64,000 nucleotides of DNA from the NCBI GenBank assembly GCA_943704415.1, contig CALSCO010001233.1:1-64000 (forward strand), written 5' to 3'. Of the stretch, positions 57,101 through 64,000 are shown in pieces; within the stretch, counting starts at the first letter, position 1; every line of letters starts with the position of its first letter. The notes beneath the pieces were generated by a model that saw only the letters and a list, made by a program, of their open reading frames with translations, did not search any database and was not told where the DNA came from. A program made the translations under genes and the position numbers. Origin of the DNA: Parvularia atlantis. Its lineage: Eukaryota.

Positions 57101-57866
57101 GGGTGCCGGCAGCAACGCAGCCGGCGGCGGCGAGGACGGCGACGACGACGCGGCGCCCGACGTCGACGAGGGCAGCGAGGACGACGGCGCGCCGCCCGAG
57201 GAGTTTGTGGTCAACCCGGTGCAGCGGCCGGACGCGATCAGCTCGTCGCAGACCGACGTGTTGGCGAGCCCGGCGGGCCTGTTCAACGTGCGCGTGTCGC
57301 GCGTGTCGCGCAGTGCAGCGCGACTGATGCTGACGGCGCGCAGGAGGAGGAGGGCGTGGGCGCGATCAAGCCGTCATCGTACCGCCCCGTGATGGTGCGC
57401 CTCTCGAGCATGGACGAGTTGACGGTCGTGCGTGCCGTGTGCCAGCCGCGCTGGCGCCTCGACCGGCCCGTGCCGCGCGGGGTGTGTGGGTGCCGCGTGC
57501 CGTCGATGCGCGCGCGCCGCTGAGACCGCGATCGCAGCCGCTGATGCAGGGCTTCCTGGACGTGCTGCCGCCCGAGTTTGACCTGCACCGGCCGGGCCTG
57601 ACACTCGAGAGCGACGAGGACTTTCTGCAGACGGTGTTCAAGGCGCGTCTGGCATCGCCGCCGCCGCTTCGCACGAGCTAACACATCGCGCCCAGAGCCT
57701 CGACCGGCACGCAGGCGACACGCGCCCGCTCGTGTTCCACCTCGACCTCTTCCGGCAGTCTGCGGAGCAGGTGCAACTGGTGCTCGTGGGCGTGCACGTG
57801 CCCACGGCCGACCCGGGCGCGGCCGCGGACGACGACGACGCCGACGCCGACGCCACCGACCAGTGA
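54145..57866 (+). CDS. RADX: RADX-like (RPA-related OB-fold ssDNA-binding protein)
   Basis: LRVVALYRY, YDIVLAD..HKIKCVL...LN, PLLGLVARKSRISHYAKP, DNTASIEVVVWNHL....F.SVEVGHVLLL..YKIR, EVHLNERNP, DIEGWIVYLGRCER, C-terminal FHLDLF; resembles vertebrate RADX as recalled. Confidence 0.75.
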
Positions 57867-57912
57867 ACACGCGACCGAAGGCTTGTGTGACAATCGAAGG
57901 TTCTGGAAGCTG

Positions 57913-58929
57913 ATGGCGGCGGTGCGGCGCGCTCGTCCACTGCGGCGGCGGCGGCGGCGGCGGTGGCTCACGATCGCGACGGCGGCGGCGGCAGCAGCAG
58001 CAGCAGGGCGGCGCCGGTGGCGGTGGCGGCGGCACGACGGCGGCGGCCACACTGCTCGCGTCGGCGTCGTCGGCGCTGGCGATCGGGCGGCAGGCGCCGC
58101 GCGCGCTGGGCATCCTCGACCGCCCGCTCAGCAAGGGCAAGGCCGAGGTGCGCGGCGGCGGCGTGCCACAACGTTGTGACGTGGCGCGATGTGACACGAC
58201 GTGACGCGCTCGGTGCCCATGGCAACGCGCCAGGTCAGCCTCAACGCGTTCGGCTTCCTGTTCTCCGAGGCCGTGCAGTACGCGCAGCGGCGCGCGGGTC
58301 ACGTTCACGAGATTGAGCAGCTGTGCGTGCGGGCGCCTTGCCGTTGCTCTGTACCGGACGGCTGCTGACGCGGCGCGCAGACTGGCCGAGATCGGGCACC
58401 GCGTCGGCATCCGCCAGCTCGAGCTGCTGTGCTGGCGGGAGCGCAACAGCAAGCGCGAGACCCGCGTCATCGGCATCCTCTCGTTCATCCACACCGTCGT
58501 GTTCAAGTCGCTCTTCGGCAAGCAGTCGGACGGCCTCGAGCGCTCGACCGACAGCGCCGACTCTTGTGCGTCCAGCCCCGCACTCGATGCGGGGGCGCGG
58601 CACCGACACGCGGCGCGCCGCCGCAGACCTCATCCACGACAACGACCCGATCATCGCCGGCTTCGTGTCGGTGCCGCGACAGATGGGCGACTTCAACTGC
58701 AACGCGTTCACCGCCGGCGTGATCGAGGCCGTGCTCGAGCGGTCGCAGTTTGTGCGCGCGCCCCCCGCCCTGCCCTGCCGTGCGCCCGCTCACACCCGCG
58801 TGCGCGCAGCCGGCCAAGGTCAGCGCACACAACGGCGCCACGAGCAACTTCCCCAGGAGAACGACCTTCCTGATCAAGTTTGACCAGTCGGTGATGGACC
58901 GCGACCGGCGGCTCGAGGCGAGCAAGTGA
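57913..58929 (+). CDS. TRAPPC5: TRAPP complex subunit 5 (Trs31)
   Basis: ILDRPLSKGKAEVSLNAFGFLFSE.VQY, KRETR..GILSFI...FGKQSDGLE, FNCNAFTAGVIEAVL, TTFLIKF. Confidence 0.95.
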
Positions 58930-59016
58930 CCGCGGCGTGTCGCTGTGCGGGTCGCAGTTGCAGTTGTTTCGCTGTGCAAGAAGGCGCAACAAGCATCTCC
59001 CACGCGCAGCCTTCGC

Positions 59017-62000
59017 TCACGACGCGTCCATCGCGTCCAGGCCAAAGTCCTTGACCTCGTCGCGCGCGATCGCGTCCATCTTGGCGCGGAGGTCGGCGTC
59101 GTTCTTGAGCGCGTTCATGAACGACGTGAATCGCACCGAGCTCGTGGCTGCGCACGCGTGCCCACGGGCGCCGTGAGGCTATGAAGCGGGCAGGCGCGAG
59201 GGCTCCCCGGCGCACCCTCCTCCGGCAGCTTGGCCAGCGTCAGCACGACGCGCAGCGACGACCGCACCATCTCGTCGTTCTTCTCGATCTCCTGCTTCAC
59301 GGCCGTGCTCTTGAGCTTCTGCGTGATCGCGCCCTCGAGCGGCTGCACGAACTCGTCCAGGCGCTGCGCCACGGCCGTCGACGCGACTGCGCACAGGCGG
59401 ATGACCATCTGGTGGCACAGGAACTTTATCTCAAACTTGTCCTGGCAGCGGCGGCGGTGCAGCGGCGTCAGCGCGCACACGCCTCGGTGTGCCGGGCGGG
59501 CGCACCTGGAGGCCCATGATGACCTTGTCCATGAACGTAAACAGGTCCACGCGGTCCAGCGACGTCTCCAGGATCGCGTACAGGCACTCGAACGCGGCCT
59601 GGGGCGGGGCGGGGTGTGACGGGTCAGCGCGCACGGCCCGGCGTCGACGTGGCGCGCACCTTGCGGATCTCGAGCCCGTCGTCGACTTCGTGCGTGAACG
59701 GGCCCATGGTGACGATGCGGATGAGCTCTTTCTGCGCACGCCGCACGCGCGCATGAGCGCATGCGCCACGTGCCGGGCGAGCGACGGCTACGCACCTTGA
59801 CCGCGGTCTCGTCGTAGATCGGCGGAAGGAGCGACGAGAGCAGGTCGCGCAGCAGGTGCGTCTTGTGCTGCGCGGCCGAGTTGAGCGCCTGCAGCGACCC
59901 TCGCCGCACGTTCTGCCGCGCCCTCGTCAGCACGGGCTGCAGCCGGCATGCATACACGCACCAGGTCGCCGTCGCGCACGAGCGCCAGGAACTGGCCGAT
60001 GACCGGCCGCAGCAGGCTGTCGTACGAGGTGCGCGTGTCGTTGAACGTCGCCTTGATCGCCGTGACCACCGTGGCGCGCACGAACGGCGAGGGCGAGGCC
60101 AGGCGCGACTGCCGCGCCCGTCTCAGCACGACACGGCATGACGCCACGGCCGCACCTGCAGCTCCGGCAGGAACTTGGACGGGCTGATCAGCGTGAGGCG
60201 CCCGAGGCAGTCGGCGACGATGTTGCGCGTGCCGTCCTCCTCGCTCTCGCAGTTGTTGAACAGCAGGCCCCTTGGCGCAGCGCGCGGCGCACGGTCAGCG
60301 GCAGCGCGGCGTGAGGGCACGTACGCACCAGATCTCGTCCGCAAACGGCGCCAGCTGCCGGCCCTCGTCGCGCTGCGCCTCCTGCGAGATAATCTGCGGC
60401 GGCCGCGCGCATAGTGAGCGCAGCGCCCATCTGCTGCCCTCGCACGCGTCGCACCTCCTTCAGCGCGCTCAGAAGCAGGTACTGCCGCTTGGGCTGCTGC
60501 CTGATCTCGTTGACGATCAGCGGCAGGTACTTGCCCAGGTTGCCCACGCTCATGTTGCCGATCGCGAAGGCCGCCGCCGACTTCATGTCTTCCGACACCG
60601 AGCTGAAGAGCGACAACACAGTCACGTGCAGCTGCGCGTGGCCGCTCAGGTCCCTGGCGGCCCGGCCGGTCAGGGCGTGGGCGGCGTGGCGCGCGGACAC
60701 CGCACATTCGCCGGCCGATCTCGCCCAGCGTCAGCAGCGCAAGGTACCGGCTCGACTCGGCGACGGTGTCCGTCTGCCCCGGCGTGCGTTCGTCAGCCCC
60801 CCTCCACAAACGGCACTTGTGGCGCCGCACCTTGATGCTGGCGACGAAGCCATCAACCGTCGCGCGCGACTTGGCCGCAGGCACGGCGGCACACAGCGTC
60901 GCGATGGCCTGTGATAGCGACATGTACGTCTGCGCGCGCGGCGGCGCTGGTGAGCGCGCCGTTGCAGTCGCAGCATAGTCCCGCGCACGTGTTTGGCGCT
61001 GGCGATGCTCTCGCTGGCGCGCGGGATCTGCTGCAGCCGCTCGATCAGGGCGTCAAACAGGCCAGTGTCAATCTTTACGACGGCCGCGAACAGGTCCAGC
61101 AGCGCGTGCAGCGACGCGCCCTGCAGCAGCGGCGAGGCCACAAGCTCCAGGGCCGGCGGCACGACGGTCTCCTTTACAGCCGCGAGGGCGGCGCTGTGCA
61201 CCTCAAGCACCTGTGCACGCGGCCGCACGTCAGCCGGGGCAGCACGGGCTTTGCATCCGCGCGCCTTGATGACCGCGGCCAGCGATAGCGGCAGCAGCTG
61301 CAGGTCCGTGTCGGTCACTAGCTGGCGCGACTCGTTCACGATGCTCGCAAAGCGGTCCGGCGCAAGCTGCTGGCAGCACCTGCGCGTACAGCTTGAGCGC
61401 TGCAGGCCGTGCGCCGCGCCGCACACACTGCGGCACGCTCAGAATGGCCGTGAGCGCCTGAAGCGACGCGAGCTTGAGCGCGCGGTTGTTCTTGCGCAGG
61501 AACTTGGCCAGCTCGTCCTGTGTGTGCGCACGATTCGGTCTGAGACGTGCACATACGGGCTCGGGCTAGGCGCACCACCGCGTCGTTAAGGATCGGCTGG
61601 AGCGGCACGACGAGCCGCGAGCGCGCCACAAACGCGAGCGTCTTGACGGCCGCGAGCCGCGTGACCTCGTTGCGCAGCTGCGCAACGCAAAGCTCTGTCA
61701 GCTCCGCTGCCATGGGGTGCATTGCGGCGCGCACCTTGTCAAGCAGCACCGGCAGGCACGTGGGCAGCTGGCTCGCGAGCACGTCGCCCGCGTGCGCCAG
61801 GATCACGCCTGCCACGCGCATGGCGGGTCAGCCAGCATGCGAGCGCACGCACAGCGTGAAGCGGCGCTCACCCATGGCCGAGATCGCGCGCTCTTTCACC
61901 TCCTGGTCCACGTCCTGCGCCTTGAGCCGCGCGAGCGTCGCGTCGTAGATTGCCTGCAGGTGCGGCTTGACGGCGGCGTCGGCCGGCGCGACCTCGCCCG

Positions 62001-64000
62001 TGCCGACGGGCCGCATTGTGCTGCGGTACACGCACACGATCGATGAGGGCTTGCCAGCTGCCAACAACGGCACACACCGCACAAGCTCGATCGCCACAGC
62101 TAGCGCCTCCGACACGATCTTGTAGTACAAGTCCGAGGTGGCCGCCAGCACCGGCTGCAACCGCGGCCGCACAAACGGTCAGCAGAACTTCGTAACGAGC
62201 GGCCGGGCGACGAGCGCGCCTTCACAAACTGCGCCATCTGCGACGTGAAGCCTGCGCCTGTCTGCGAGCGCAGCAGGGCGCGAAGGAAGGCGAGCGCCTC
62301 GACCTTGAGCGCGGCGTTGGACGCGCGGTCGGTGAGGGCAGCGAGAATGCCGGGCGCGAGGCGGGCGAGCTCGGACGCCAGCACCCCTGCCGGCGCCGCG
62401 GCCACGAGCTCTCGAAGGATCGCGAACGACGCCTGGCGTGTGCGCAGCTGCGGTGGCCTAGCGTGAGCCGCCAGTACTGTGCGCACGGTGCAGTCCGCGC
62501 ACCGACTTGGACGTGAGCTGCTTAGCCAGCGCCCGCGACAGTGCCGGCACAAGCTCCTTCAGCATCGTCTGCACGCCGCCGTCGGTGCTCATCTCCATCG
62601 CCTGCGCGGCGTCAGCCGCGGCCGCGCCGAGCTTCAGCGTGGTCGCGGTGCTGTGCAGTGTGTCGACGACGACGGTCATGACGTCGATGCGCACGTTCTG
62701 TGCTCGCGCACGCGCACGCCCGTCAGTCTGGCGCGCCAGGTGCGCTGCACTCGCTCGCACCTCCTCGCGCTCTTTGAAGCGCGCGACGACACGCGGCACG
62801 ACCTTCTGGTAGAAGAGCGCTGCGCAGCTGCGGCGTGAACACAGAGCGCACACTGCGCTGCCGCAGACGCACGCAGCAGGTCCGAGCGCGTGGTGATGAT
62901 GGACGAGAGCACCTTGCACGACGCGCGCCGGACCTTCCACGACAGGTCGTCGTCGTCGCTGTAGTCGCCGTCGTCCCCTCTGTGCACACGTGTGCGCGTG
63001 CGTGTGTGAGCGCTGTGCGAGAGTGGCGGCAGCGCGCACGCACTCCTGGTCCTCGTCCGTCTCCATCTTTTCCTCGCCCTTGCCGCGCAATCATCAGCGC
63101 TTGTGCGCCCACCGTGCGCCACACACCTCGTCACCGTCGTCGCCGTCTTCGTCATCTTCGACGTAGTTCGGGTCATGCTTGACCAGGTCGAGGCTGATGT
63201 CGACGATCTTGTCCATGAAGGGCCCGAGCTCGGTCGGGCAGCGCACGATCGCGCTCTCGAGTGTCTGCGTGCCGCAGGTGCTCGAGCCGCGGCGGCACGC
63301 GCGCGCGTCAGGCCAGCCGCACCTGCAGGCACGTCTCGCGCAGCTCATCGTCCTGCTGCTTGGTCAGCGCGAGCAGCTGCGGTGTGAGGTCGGGCAGGAA
63401 CTTGCCCATGCGCTTGCCGCTGAACCGGCTGCAGCGGCCATATGAGTGCACAGCCACACACGTACACGGGCCAAACCTGATCGCGCCGAGGCACGCCACG
63501 TACGACCGCAGGTCCTCGTTCTTGCTTGCCGCGCGCATCGTTATGACGATTGACCCGAGGAGCTGCTCGTACTGCTTGTCCGAGAGAATCCTGACGAGGT
63601 AGCCTGACCGCATGCGCTCAGCAGCGACCTCGGCACTCGCTGCGCGCGCGCACCGAGCGCGACCGACGTGCGCTTGCGCGCCGCAGGCCGCGGGTGCGAC
63701 ACCTGCGGCAGGAGCGCGTCCAGCACGGCTTGGGACTGCGCCGCCATGGGTGCGCCGAAGCGATAAAGCACGTCTCCGAGCAGTTCGAGCGCGTCCATCG
63801 TAACCTCGTACACGCCCTGCGCCGGCGCGTGAGCCGCAGCCGGAAGCGCAGTGCGCGCACAAAGGACGCACCGCCTTGAGCGACTCGATCAGGCGCGGCG
63901 CGAGGCGCTTGCAGAAGTTAGGTGCGACGGGCGACCCGGGCGCGATCTCGGCGATGATGGCCTTAAGGCCAACGCTGCGCGGGGCCGCCGCAGCTAAGCG
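59017..64000 (-). CDS. CAND1: Cullin-associated NEDD8-dissociated protein 1, 5' end outside the window
   Basis: [100 protein letters not shown]. Confidence 0.97.

Overview
Eukaryotic nuclear DNA: very GC-rich, gene-dense (about 28 protein-coding genes in 64 kb), with many short (~45-80 nt) spliceosomal introns (GTGCG/GCGCG donors, CTGAC/CTCAC branch points, mostly CAG acceptors). The six-frame ORF track is therefore mostly artefact; gene models were spliced by eye and their ends are approximate. The genes mix fungal-type families (Pcl/Pho80 cyclin, ARG5,6 polyprotein, Rds2/AcuM-like, Hda1 with Arb2 domain, ATP10, ICE2-like) with families better known from animals or protists (TRIM-NHL, TKL kinase, RADX, double-PHD MYST, TMCO1). 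I infer a unicellular opisthokont, possibly a nucleariid or other early holomycotan. No rRNA, tRNA, CRISPR array or recognisable transposon was seen. Most interesting: (1) a FixL-type heme-PAS + SAM + TKL kinase, a candidate eukaryotic O2/gas-sensing kinase, convergent with an Rds2-like PAS protein lacking its DNA-binding domain; (2) a WD40-coiled coil-zinc finger-PH scaffold with ~10 LC8-type (T/V)QT motifs; (3) an intronless, apparently inactive RNase III-like + dsRBD gene head-to-head with a RADX homologue; (4) unusually frequent GC-AG introns; (5) a frameshifted TRIM-NHL gene, a kelch pseudogene, a divergent mitochondrial beta-barrel and a bacterial-type lysyl endopeptidase. All family assignments come from motif recognition, not database searches.
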